From assembly GCA_964580635.1 (NCBI GenBank), contig CAZOMF010000002.1, forward strand, positions 1-35,301: a stretch of 35,301 nucleotides of DNA, in the 5' to 3' direction. This DNA is from an uncultured Dehalococcoidaceae bacterium. GTDB lineage: Bacteria; Chloroflexota; Dehalococcoidia; Dehalococcoidales; RBG-16-60-22. Shown here piece by piece: positions 25,230-33,692 of the stretch; the stretch's first letter is position 1; the number at the start of each line of letters is the position of its first letter. The translations under genes and the position numbers were made by a program. The notes under the pieces are model-generated. The model did no database searches and was not told the DNA's origin. It saw nothing but the letters and a program-made list of their open reading frames with translations.

Positions 25230-26132
25230 ATGTCGAATGCAATACATGATTGGATGGTCAACTATACCCGCCAGACCGAGTGGATAGACCGACGCGGTCT
25301 TTTCCTCTGGGTGGCCTTTTTCTCCGGCACGCTCGGCGGCGGCCTCTACCTGGCGTCGCTCTATTTCAACAGCATCTGGGGCATGTTCGCCGGCTGGCTC
25401 ATCGTCGCCGTCATCAAGGGCGGCGCTCACATGATGGACCTCGGCAAGCCATGGCGCGCCTGGCGCATGGTGATGCGGCCCGGCTCTTCTTGGATGTCCC
25501 GCGGGCTCATCTTCGTATTTACCTTCATCGGCGCCGGCGCCGTCCAGCTCGCCCTCTCGCTCTGGCTGCCAGGCAGCGCCGCCGAGATCACCAGCAAGAT
25601 ACTGGCCGGCATGGCCGCCTTCGGCGTGGCCATCTACAGCGGCTTCGTGCTCAACACGGTCAAGGGCGTGCCCTTCTGGAACTCGGCCCTCCTGCCCATG
25701 CTCGTCGGCCTCTACGGCGTGCTCTGCGGGCTCGGCGTGATGATGGTCATCGGCCTCGCCGGCAGCAGCATCGACCTCACCCTCGCCGAGGGCGTCAGCC
25801 GCTACCTCATCTTCACCACTACCGCCCTCATCGCCGTCTATCTCTGGACGGCCGCCCGGCGCGGCCCCACCGGCCGGAACTCTGTCCTCCAGCAGGTCCG
25901 CGGCGAGCTGAAGACGGTCTTCTGGGGCGGCCTCGTGACGCTCGGCATCGTGGTGCCGGTCGTCATCGCCATCGTGAGCTTCTTCGTCAGCGAGGTATCC
26001 CCGGTGCTGCTTGTCATCGGCGTCGTCTCCGAGGTCGTCGGCGGGCTCTCGCTCGGCTTCTGCGTGCTCAAGGCCGGGGCTTACAAACCCCTCGTCGCCA
26101 GGCCCGCCCACAGCCGCCAGCCCGTTCGCTAG
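25230..26132 (+). CDS. NrfD/PsrC-like polytopic membrane protein (putative quinone-interacting anchor), orphan
   Basis: 300 aa with about 8 TM helices. The N-terminal pattern W..R.LFLWVAFFSGTLGGGLYL resembles the first helix of NrfD-family subunits; this assignment is by eye. GGAAGGAG lies upstream of the ATG. The gene has its own promoter and terminator, and no adjacent 4Fe-4S or catalytic subunit gene. Confidence 0.55.
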   Translation: MSNAIHDWMVNYTRQTEWIDRRGLFLWVAFFSGTLGGGLYLASLYFNSIWGMFAGWLIVAVIKGGAHMMDLGKPWRAWRMVMRPGSSWMSRGLIFVFTFIGAGAVQLALSLWLPGSAAEITSKILAGMAAFGVAIYSGFVLNTVKGVPFWNSALLPMLVGLYGVLCGLGVMMVIGLAGSSIDLTLAEGVSRYLIFTTTALIAVYLWTAARRGPTGRNSVLQQVRGELKTVFWGGLVTLGIVVPVVIAIVSFFVSEVSPVLLVIGVVSEVVGGLSLGFCVLKAGAYKPLVARPAHSRQPVR

Positions 26133-26153
26133 AACGTTCATTATCGTTACAAC

Positions 26154-26185
26154 AAAAAGCCCCCGCATTTGTGGGGGCTTTTTAT
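26154..26185. terminator. Bidirectional intrinsic terminator between the NrfD-like and URO-D-family genes
   Basis: AAAAAGCCCCCGC attt GTGGGGGCTTTTT. The GC stem is flanked by an A-run and a T-run. Confidence 0.85.
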
Positions 26186-26200
26186 TGTAGCTGAACCGGT

Positions 26201-27472
26201 CTAGTAGACGCCGAACTCTTTCACCGCGTCCACCCAGGCCCTGACGAGCGCCGGCTGGCTGCCGCCCATTTCGCCGACACCGGTAGACATCAGGAAGCCG
26301 CCGCCCTTGCCGGCGTGCTCGCACACCTTCCGGGTACGTTCGCGGACCTCTTCCGGCGTGCCCGCCGCCAGCATCGAGTTCGGCATGCCGCCGATGATGC
26401 ACATCGTGCCTCCCACGATGTCCTTGACCTTGAAGATATCGCTCGCCTGGAACCAGCCCACCGTCTTGCCCTTCGGCAGCTCGGCCAGGTACTCGAGCCG
26501 CTGGTCCCAGATGCCCTCGTAGAACACGACCGGGCGGATGCCGTTCTCCACGAGCGTCACCAGCACGTGCTTGAGCTGGGGCCAGTAGAACTTCTCGAAC
26601 TGCTTGAGTGACATGAACCCGTCCGAGCCCCGGTGGAGCGGCAGGAAGGCGTTCTCCATGCCGGTGGCCTTGCACATGGTGATGGCGTACTCGAGCTGGA
26701 ACCTGGCCACCTTCTCCTCGGCGGCCAGCAGTTTGTCCGGCCGCTGCATCAGGTCGAGCATGATGCCGCGCATGCCCCGCATGGTGTCGGACATGAGGTC
26801 GAAGGGCGCCTCGATGCCCGCCCCGGCCAGGATGCTGCCCGGGAACCCGAGTGCCGCCATGCGCTGGGCGCTTTCGATGACCCGCATCGTGCCGTCGGCC
26901 ACGGCCTGGATGACCTTGGCGAAGGTCTTCAGCGATTCCGCCAGCGGTCCCATGCCGAACCCGCCGACGTTGCTCATGAAGTAGCTGCCGGACACGAACA
27001 TGGCGAGCGGCGGCAGCAGTGTGAAGCCTTCGAGCTTCTCGTACGCCCGCGGCAGGTACGTGCGGATGGCCCAGTCCGACGGGTCTTCCAGGAAGGCGTC
27101 GTAATCGTCCGCCTTCATGAACTCGTGCTCGACGAACTGGTACTGGTTATCGGGGGCGAGCTGGTGGCCCGGCCAGGCCGTCATCCGGTCGCCGAGCATG
27201 AGGTAGGGGGTTGGGTCACCCGGCAGCGGCCCGAAGATAGAGTCCGGCTGGTATTCCAGCGCCGCCTGCTCCAGCAGCTCCTGGCATTTGTCCGGGTTAT
27301 CGAGGAGTTCCTGCTTGGTGATGCCGCCGATCTCCGCCAGCATGTAGCTGATCGGCATCATGATCGGGACGCGGTCCGGCTGACGCAGGTTGAGGACGTC
27401 GTTGAGCCGCCTGGTGCGTTCCTGCAAGAGCTGTTCGGGTTTCTTACCGGCGTCGCTGTTGCTGCTTGGCAT
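26201..27472 (-). CDS. Uroporphyrinogen decarboxylase (URO-D) family protein, MtaA/CmuA-like methyltransferase-type
   Basis: 423 aa. The overall pattern is that of URO-D-fold proteins (N-terminal ...PDRVPIM..., C-terminal ...GGGFLMSTG...); this family call is by eye. ATG at 27472 with GGGAGGA upstream. Lies downstream of the MFS gene on the same strand. Confidence 0.75.
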   Translation of the reverse strand: MPSSNSDAGKKPEQLLQERTRRLNDVLNLRQPDRVPIMMPISYMLAEIGGITKQELLDNPDKCQELLEQAALEYQPDSIFGPLPGDPTPYLMLGDRMTAWPGHQLAPDNQYQFVEHEFMKADDYDAFLEDPSDWAIRTYLPRAYEKLEGFTLLPPLAMFVSGSYFMSNVGGFGMGPLAESLKTFAKVIQAVADGTMRVIESAQRMAALGFPGSILAGAGIEAPFDLMSDTMRGMRGIMLDLMQRPDKLLAAEEKVARFQLEYAITMCKATGMENAFLPLHRGSDGFMSLKQFEKFYWPQLKHVLVTLVENGIRPVVFYEGIWDQRLEYLAELPKGKTVGWFQASDIFKVKDIVGGTMCIIGGMPNSMLAAGTPEEVRERTRKVCEHAGKGGGFLMSTGVGEMGGSQPALVRAWVDAVKEFGVY

Positions 27473-27566
27473 GAATTCCTCCCCACCGGACCGGTACGGC
27501 CCGGCTGTTCGTGTAGATACTGCGTTAGACAGTATCTTAACACGCGGGGAGGGGGATTGCCATGTC

Positions 27567-28895
27567 TCAGCGTACGGTCACGACGCCCGGCTTGCGCAGG
27601 CGGGCGCCGGGCCGTCCGTAGCCCTTGAAGAAGAACTCCATGGTGTTCAGCCGCCGCACGTTCCGCACCTCTTTGATGCCTCCCAGCAGGGCCAGCACGG
27701 CGACACCCCGCATCACGCCGGAGATGGTGAACAGGGTCTTCAGGTTATAGCCGAGCAGCGCCGGCAGGTGCGGCGCGATGAAACCGCCGATGAACGCGCC
27801 CAGGCAGATAGCCATGCCGGTCATGGCGTTGAACAGCGCGATGTAGCGTGTCCGGTCCTGCGGCCGGGTGGCGTCGTAGAGGAAGTTGGTCGTTGCCAGC
27901 AGGAAGCCGGACCAGGCGAAGCCGCTGATGACCTCGGCGAAGAGCAGGTAAGCGTAGTTGCCGCTGAACAGCCAGACGAGCGGGATAACGGGCATCAGCC
28001 AGCCGGTCATCTTGATCACCCGCACGTTGCCGCCGCGGTCGGCCCGCTGCCCCCAGAAATGGACGAATGCAAAGCTGGCGATGGCGGCGAAGGAGATGTT
28101 GACCATGTAGCCCAGGTAGCTGAAATGCAGGTCCCGCAGCATATAGACCGAGAAGAACGGGCTGGCGATGTAGGCGGAGAAGTAGATGAGCGTTACCATC
28201 AGCATGAAGCGTCCCAGGTTGGAGCGACGCAGCTCCTTCCCGAGCGCGACATAGCCGCGCCGTTCTCCGGGCACGGTGACCGTGACCGGCTCGTGCATGC
28301 GGGAAAGGTAGTAGACGGATGCCAGCCGCATCGCCGCCGCCCCGGCGAAGAGGATCGCGAAGCCGGTGAAAACGTCTTTCGTGTAGAGCTGGAGGATGCC
28401 CCCGCCGATGAAGGAACAGACGAGCGTGATGAACCCGCCGATGCGTCCCCGGATGGAAAAATACCGTCCCCGGATGACCGGCGGCACCAGGTCCGCCATG
28501 AGGCTGCCCCAGGCCGGGTTGGCCAGCGAGCCGAGCACCATGTTGAGCGTCACGAAGCCGATGAGCCAGACCACCGGCGACTGGTGGAACAGGTAGGGGA
28601 TGAGCAGGACCGGCAGCCAGGTCAGCGCGTGGAGAAGCACCACCGGCAGGATGAAGCGCTTGCGGGTGCCGGTCATCTCGCAGAGGCCGGGGGCGGCCAG
28701 CTGGCCCAGCGCCATGGAGAGGTTCGGGACGCTCGTCAGCAGCCCGACCTGCACCGTGCTCGCCCCGAGGGCCAGGGCGAACGGCGTGAGGTAGCTCTGG
28801 GTCAGGCCCACCATGCCGGCGAAGGCCGCCCCGTCGGCCACGCTGAACCGCAGGGAACGACGCACGGAACGCTTCGAGATATAGCGGGAAGACAT
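27567..28895 (-). CDS. MFS transporter
   Basis: 442 aa with about 12 hydrophobic helices and short basic loops (GTRKRF, QRADRGG). First gene of a two-gene unit with the URO-D-family gene. Confidence 0.8.
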   Translation of the reverse strand: MSSRYISKRSVRRSLRFSVADGAAFAGMVGLTQSYLTPFALALGASTVQVGLLTSVPNLSMALGQLAAPGLCEMTGTRKRFILPVVLLHALTWLPVLLIPYLFHQSPVVWLIGFVTLNMVLGSLANPAWGSLMADLVPPVIRGRYFSIRGRIGGFITLVCSFIGGGILQLYTKDVFTGFAILFAGAAAMRLASVYYLSRMHEPVTVTVPGERRGYVALGKELRRSNLGRFMLMVTLIYFSAYIASPFFSVYMLRDLHFSYLGYMVNISFAAIASFAFVHFWGQRADRGGNVRVIKMTGWLMPVIPLVWLFSGNYAYLLFAEVISGFAWSGFLLATTNFLYDATRPQDRTRYIALFNAMTGMAICLGAFIGGFIAPHLPALLGYNLKTLFTISGVMRGVAVLALLGGIKEVRNVRRLNTMEFFFKGYGRPGARLRKPGVVTVR

Positions 28896-29072
28896 AGGTC
28901 AGGAAAGGGGCGTGCGAAGACGCCGCGTGGAAGAGGGGAGCAGCGCGGTCCCGGTGAAGGATATGGCGCCACGATCCGAACGGCAAATCGGCGGGCACTG
29001 GTAGGAACGAGCGGGGCGGGCCATATCCGGTTGTGGTCCTTTTTCTCAGCGGGTTCGGGCTCGGTCGACTTA

Positions 29073-29134
29073 ATACCGGAATAAATCTTCCGGTATCCTT
29101 ATTCCATTATCAATCTACCTCAATTGAAAGTCAA
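29073..29134 (-). promoter_or_regulatory. Candidate promoter plus inverted-repeat operator of the MFS/URO-D operon
   Basis: On the minus strand: TTGACT (29134-29129), a 17-nt spacer, then GATAAT (29111-29106). A perfect 9-bp inverted repeat follows, ATACCGGAA n6 TTCCGGTAT (29073-29096), just downstream of the predicted transcription start. Confidence 0.5.
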
Positions 29135-29212
29135 GAGGGTACCGGGGGATTTTTAGTAGGGGTACGTATGGGTTGGGCTGTCGAGCGGCTGCCTCGGGCG
29201 ACCGGTATCCTA

Positions 29213-30196
29213 TTATTCTTTGGTGCGGAGTTGCGCTCCCCGCGAGGGCTCCTCCCGGCCGCTCCGGTACTTCTTCACGTACTCGTCGAAGTCCCAGGTG
29301 CTGAAGAACTTCTGCGCCGCCTTCCGGCCGGACTCGTAGAGGGCCTCGCTCTTTTCCTTCGTGATATCGAACTCGGTCGTCCGCACGCCGAGGGTGGGTA
29401 TGGCCACCGTCCGCACGAAGTCGTGGTCGGCGATGTAGCGGGCATCGTGGGCCTCCATCATGGCGCTGAAGAGTGCCGTCAACATGCTCACCGGTCCCTT
29501 GATATCGGCCGGTTCGCCGGCGTCCGGCTCGACGAGCTTGAACCCGATAGTCGGCCAGGTGGGCGCGTCCGCGGTGTCGAAGAGCCAGACGGGATAGTTG
29601 CTGAGGATGCCCCCGTCCACGATGTAGCTCTTGCGGCCCGTTGTGAGGTTCTTCAGCGTCGCCGGCTCGTAGAAGAACGGGATGCTCATGCTCATCCGTA
29701 CCGCGTCCGCCACGTTGAGGTCTTCCGGACGGCCGCCGTAGTCGCGGATATCGCCGGGCAGCACCAGCAGCCTGCCGAGCGTGATGTCCGAGGCAATCAC
29801 GTTGAGCTTGAACCGGTAGCGGTCCTCCGTCTCGCCGGGAATGAGCAGGTCCCCGAAGGTCGTGATCCCCTTGGCCGCGAGCAGGTCGCGGAGCCAGTCG
29901 TGGAAATAGTCGCCTTCGTAGATGCCCTTCTCGGTGATGAGGCTGATGACCGGACCGGCCAGGGGAATCCGGTCGACCGGACTGCCGTCCTTGAAGCGCC
30001 GGTAATCGAGTTTGCTCAGGATGTCGTGAAGCTCGGCCGCCTTATACCCGGCCGCCGCCAGCGCCGCGATGATGGCCCCCGCCGAGGTCCCGGCCAGGTT
30101 CTGCCACTCGACGTCCCGCTGCTCGGCCACCGCCAGCGCCCCGGCGAAGCCGATGCCCTTGACCCCGCCCCCTTCGAATACGCCGTCCGCTTTCAT
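29213..30196 (-). CDS. Patatin-like phospholipase
   Basis: Starts MKADGVFEGGGVKG (oxyanion GGGxKG). Nucleophile elbow GTSAG and catalytic Asp context IVDGGILSNYP. ATG at 30196 with AAAGGA upstream. The 16 extra codons in the track ORF are not needed. Confidence 0.88.
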   Translation of the reverse strand: MKADGVFEGGGVKGIGFAGALAVAEQRDVEWQNLAGTSAGAIIAALAAAGYKAAELHDILSKLDYRRFKDGSPVDRIPLAGPVISLITEKGIYEGDYFHDWLRDLLAAKGITTFGDLLIPGETEDRYRFKLNVIASDITLGRLLVLPGDIRDYGGRPEDLNVADAVRMSMSIPFFYEPATLKNLTTGRKSYIVDGGILSNYPVWLFDTADAPTWPTIGFKLVEPDAGEPADIKGPVSMLTALFSAMMEAHDARYIADHDFVRTVAIPTLGVRTTEFDITKEKSEALYESGRKAAQKFFSTWDFDEYVKKYRSGREEPSRGAQLRTKE

Positions 30197-30407
30197 GCTT
30201 GTCCTTTCATGGTTGCCACACCGTATGCAGAACGATGGTAACACGCTGCCGCTGGATTGTAAACGGAGTTTTGTCGCATTTTTCGGTCCGTTTTTCAGGT
30301 TGCGGCGCCCCGGATGCCGTGGTATAGTACCACAATACCCGGCACGGGGGGCGGCGCCTGGTAGTCATGTTCGCAGCATCCGTGCCGGAACGTGTCCGGA
30401 CGGTCGT

Positions 30408-33023
30408 ATGGAAGACGAGACCACCAGACTGAAGAACGGCTCGCGGGTGGCCATCGTCGGCGGCGGCCCGGCCGGGAGCTTTACCGCCCTCTACCTGCTG
30501 TCCTACGCGCAGCAGCTCGGCGTCCAATTGTCCGTCACCGTCTTCCAGGACCGCGATTTCGACCAGAAAGGCCGCGCCGGCTGCAAGGGCTGCGCCGGCG
30601 TCCTCTCACTCATGTTCCTCCGCAACCTGGGAGACATCGGCCTGCGCGTGCCGGACGGCATCATCCAGCATAACATCAACGATTACGCCGTCCACAGCCC
30701 GTACTCGTCCATCGCCATCGCCAACCCGGAACGGGACGTGCAGATCGTGAGCGTCTATCGCGGGGCCGGTCCGCAGCGGGGACCGGAGCCGGTGCAGTCG
30801 TTCGATGCCTTCCTCCTCCGCCAGGCCGCGGCGCGCGGCGCCCGCGTGGTGCCGCTGGCGGTCACCGCCGTCCACCTGGACGGCCTGGCCCGGGTCACCG
30901 CCGGCGGTGAGACCGGGGAGTACGAGCTCGTCGTGCTGGCCAACGGCGTCAACGGCCCGCCGATTGCCATTACCGGCGTCGACTACCTCCCTCCGCCGAC
31001 CGTCACCATGACCCAGAGTGAGCTCTACATCGGCCGCGACGAGGTGGCGGCCCGGCTCGGGGACGCCGCCCACGCCTTCCTGCTGCCCCGCACCGGCATG
31101 GTCTTCGGGACGCTCGTGCCCAAGGGGCCGTACGTGACTGTCTCCATCCTCAACGGTCCGGGCGGCACCACTACCTTGCCGGACTTCCTGCGGCACGGGC
31201 TCGTCAAGGGCGTACTGCCCTCGACCGGCGAACCCGTCTGCGGCTGCCGTCCCTCAGCCGTCGTCGGCCCGGCCCGTACCTGCTACGCGGACCGGTTCGT
31301 CGCCATCGGCGATGCCGCCGTCTCCCGTCTCTACAAGGACGGTACCGGCACCGGGCTGCTGGCGGCGCGGCAGCTCGCCTGGACGGCGCTCCACCACGGT
31401 GTTTCCGCCGGTGACTTCCGCCGCCACTACGAGCCTTTCAACCGCTCCATACGCCGCCACAATGCCTGGGGCAAGGCACTCTTCGCGGTCAACAACGTCG
31501 TCAAGAACTCGCGCACCTTCCTGCTCGCCCAGCCGCGCCTTATCGGGGACGAGGTGCACCGCGCCGGCGGTAAGCAGCCGTTCACCCGGGCCGCCTGGGG
31601 CATGTTCACCGGGTCGTACCCCTACGGGCAGATCGCCCGTATGGTGCTCTCGCCCGTCTCGCTGGCGAGGATGGCGGGCGCCGTCGCCCGGGAGGTGCTG
31701 CGCCTGCCGGTACGCCGACGCGAGACGGGACCGCGGAAGATACGCGTCGGCGTGACGCGGGTGCTCATTCTGGGCAGCGGCTTCGGCGGCGCCCACGTGC
31801 TGCGGCGGCTCGTGCCCGGCCTCAACCTCAACGAGAACGTCCGCACCACCATGATCAGCGACGAGAACTTCCTCCTCTTCTCGCCGCTCCTCCACGAGGT
31901 CGCCATGGGCCGCATCGAGTCCCGCCACGTGGCCTATCCCATCCGCCGCCTCCAGTGGCGCGACCGCTTCGATCTCGTTCAGGCCTCCGTCAACCGCATC
32001 GACCTCGCCGCGGAGCAGGTGGAGACGGACGTCGGTACCTTCGGCTATGATTACCTCGTCCTTGCCCTCGGCGGCGTGGCCGACCTCTCCGGCCTCAAGG
32101 ACCCGGCGCAGAAGGCCAACGTCTTCACCCTCAAGACGCTCTACGATTCCCGCCTCATCCGCAACCACCTGATCCGCATGTTCGAGAAAGCCTCCATCGA
32201 GACCGGCACCGAGCGCCAGAAGCAGCTCCTCACCTTCGTCATCAGCGGCGCCGGCTACATCGGTCTCCAGCTCGTCACCGAGCTGCGTGACTTCATCACC
32301 CACAGCCTCGCCCGGTACTACAAGGCGGTGGATACCCACAACATCCGTATCCTCCTGGTGGAGAAGGAGAAGAAGCTCATCGCGGGCCTGGATACCCGCC
32401 TCGGGGCCTATGCTTTCAAGCAGTTGCAGAGGAAGGATATCGAGATCCGCTTTCAGTCCCGGCTGACCCGCGTCTGGGACGACCGCGTGGAGATCAACGG
32501 TAAGGAGATAATACCAACCTCGACGGTCATCTGGCTGTCCGGGCAGGTCGCCAGCCCCCGCATCGCCGAGCTCGACGTGCCTAGGGACAACATCGGCCGG
32601 GTGCTCGTCGACCAGAACCTGGAGGTGGAGGGCCATCCGCGCGTCTTCGCCCTCGGCGACTGTGCTCATTTTGACGATCCCGTCTCCGGACAGCCCGCGG
32701 CGCGCCGGGCCCACATCGCCGTCCGCCAGGCGAGGACGGTCACCCGCAATATATTGGCCTCCATCCGCGGCGTCGAGAAGAAGCCCTACCGTTACAAGCG
32801 GCCGGTGGACCTCGTTTCCCTCGGGGTCTCCCAGGCCATGTTCCGCTGGCGTAAGCTTCGTCTCTACGGCTGGCCGGCCCGCCTGCTCTGGCTGGCGAGC
32901 GACGTGATGCTGGTGACAGGGGCCTATAACCGCGTGCGCATTATCATCGACTGGACCTCCGCCATCTTCTTCGGGCGGGACACGTCCTATATCAAGACGA
33001 AGATAGGCAAGTCGGGCCAGTAG
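30408..33023 (+). CDS. Fusion flavoprotein: FAD-dependent (geranylgeranyl-reductase-like) domain + type II NADH dehydrogenase-like domain
   Basis: 871 aa from ATG at 30408 (MEDETTRLKNGSRVAIVGGGPAGS...GDAAVS...). It continues with no stop into RVLILGSGFGGAH ... FVISGAGYIGLQ ... ALGDCAHF ... and an amphipathic C-terminal tail typical of NDH-2. The first 113 codons of the track ORF overlap the patatin gene and were discarded. Confidence 0.8.
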   Translation: MEDETTRLKNGSRVAIVGGGPAGSFTALYLLSYAQQLGVQLSVTVFQDRDFDQKGRAGCKGCAGVLSLMFLRNLGDIGLRVPDGIIQHNINDYAVHSPYSSIAIANPERDVQIVSVYRGAGPQRGPEPVQSFDAFLLRQAAARGARVVPLAVTAVHLDGLARVTAGGETGEYELVVLANGVNGPPIAITGVDYLPPPTVTMTQSELYIGRDEVAARLGDAAHAFLLPRTGMVFGTLVPKGPYVTVSILNGPGGTTTLPDFLRHGLVKGVLPSTGEPVCGCRPSAVVGPARTCYADRFVAIGDAAVSRLYKDGTGTGLLAARQLAWTALHHGVSAGDFRRHYEPFNRSIRRHNAWGKALFAVNNVVKNSRTFLLAQPRLIGDEVHRAGGKQPFTRAAWGMFTGSYPYGQIARMVLSPVSLARMAGAVAREVLRLPVRRRETGPRKIRVGVTRVLILGSGFGGAHVLRRLVPGLNLNENVRTTMISDENFLLFSPLLHEVAMGRIESRHVAYPIRRLQWRDRFDLVQASVNRIDLAAEQVETDVGTFGYDYLVLALGGVADLSGLKDPAQKANVFTLKTLYDSRLIRNHLIRMFEKASIETGTERQKQLLTFVISGAGYIGLQLVTELRDFITHSLARYYKAVDTHNIRILLVEKEKKLIAGLDTRLGAYAFKQLQRKDIEIRFQSRLTRVWDDRVEINGKEIIPTSTVIWLSGQVASPRIAELDVPRDNIGRVLVDQNLEVEGHPRVFALGDCAHFDDPVSGQPAARRAHIAVRQARTVTRNILASIRGVEKKPYRYKRPVDLVSLGVSQAMFRWRKLRLYGWPARLLWLASDVMLVTGAYNRVRIIIDWTSAIFFGRDTSYIKTKIGKSGQ

Positions 33024-33133
33024 GGCGTCTCAGACCGGTCCCGCTTGACTTTGCCGGCGACCATAACCGACAATACTAAAGACTGGTTCGCGAGATTGGG
33101 CGAGTGCCTTCGTATCGATTTCAAGCGAGCCTC

Positions 33134-33171
33134 TTGAAAATACCTTGTATTCCTGTTATACTATTCAGGAA
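33134..33171 (+). promoter_or_regulatory. Candidate promoter with an overlapping inverted repeat, upstream of the wHTH regulator
   Basis: TTGAAA (33134-33139), a 17-nt spacer, then TATACT (33157-33162). The inverted repeat TTCCTG-n10-CAGGAA (33150-33171) brackets the -10. Confidence 0.5.
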
Positions 33172-33233
33172 TTCTACTTCATAAATAGTTCCGGGACGGG
33201 CGCCGGCGGTGCCGGCCGGGAAGGAGTACCGCC

Positions 33234-33539
33234 ATGCCGGGATGGAAATTTCTGACCAACCACGCACTGGTCCTGTGCCTCGTCGCACAGCAGCCGCGGA
33301 TCACCGGGCGAGAGATAGCCAACACCGTCGGCATCACCGAGAAAGCCACCAGGAACATCATCAACGACCTGGAAACGGACGGCTACATCACCAAGAAACG
33401 GGAAGGCCGCCGCATCCGCTACCGCATCGATCCGGACATGCCCCTCCGCCACGAGACCCAGCAGGACTCCTCTATCGGCAACCTTCTGGAGGTGCTCGGC
33501 TGGAAACCCCGCCGCCGCCGGAAACCCGCCGCCGGGTAA
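33234..33539 (+). CDS. Small winged-helix (MarR/ArsR-like) transcriptional regulator
   Basis: 101 aa. HTH-like ITGREIANTVGITEKATRNIINDLETDGYI, with a wing region KKREGRRIRYRI. GAAGGAG lies 7 nt upstream of the ATG. Confidence 0.7.
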   Translation: MPGWKFLTNHALVLCLVAQQPRITGREIANTVGITEKATRNIINDLETDGYITKKREGRRIRYRIDPDMPLRHETQQDSSIGNLLEVLGWKPRRRRKPAAG

Positions 33540-33613
33540 CCGTCACTCTCGCCGCTATCCTCCTGGAGATCCCCATTGCGCCGCAGCCCCTGAAAAACAG
33601 GGGGTAACCCTCA

Positions 33614-33689
33614 TTGACAGGATATATTTTAGGTGCTAAACTATTGAGTAACTAAAAAGTCCTGTTATCTAATTATAGAGTTACTAAAA
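33614..33689 (+). promoter_or_regulatory. Candidate promoter and repeated operator half-sites upstream of the MarR gene
   Basis: TTGACA (33614-33619), a 17-nt spacer, then TAAACT (33637-33642). GAGTAACTAAAA (33646-33657) and GAGTTACTAAAA (33678-33689) follow; their cores AGTAACT and AGTTACT are reverse complements of each other. Confidence 0.5.
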
Positions 33690-33692
33690 CAA

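Noticed and set aside
25149-26675. 508-aa minus-strand ORF spanning the NrfD-like gene, a terminator and part of the URO-D gene
   Set aside because: It crosses a strong bidirectional terminator and two well-supported genes. The translation is low-complexity (R/G/A/H/D).
27390-30241. Plus-strand ORFs 27390..29084 and 29033..30241, plus minus-strand ORF 31254..32714
   Set aside because: They are antisense shadows of the MFS, patatin and flavoprotein genes, with no motifs and a biased composition.
30069-30407. N-terminal 113-codon extension of the flavoprotein ORF
   Set aside because: It overlaps the divergent patatin gene start and the intergenic region. FAD-fold homology begins right after the ATG at 30408.
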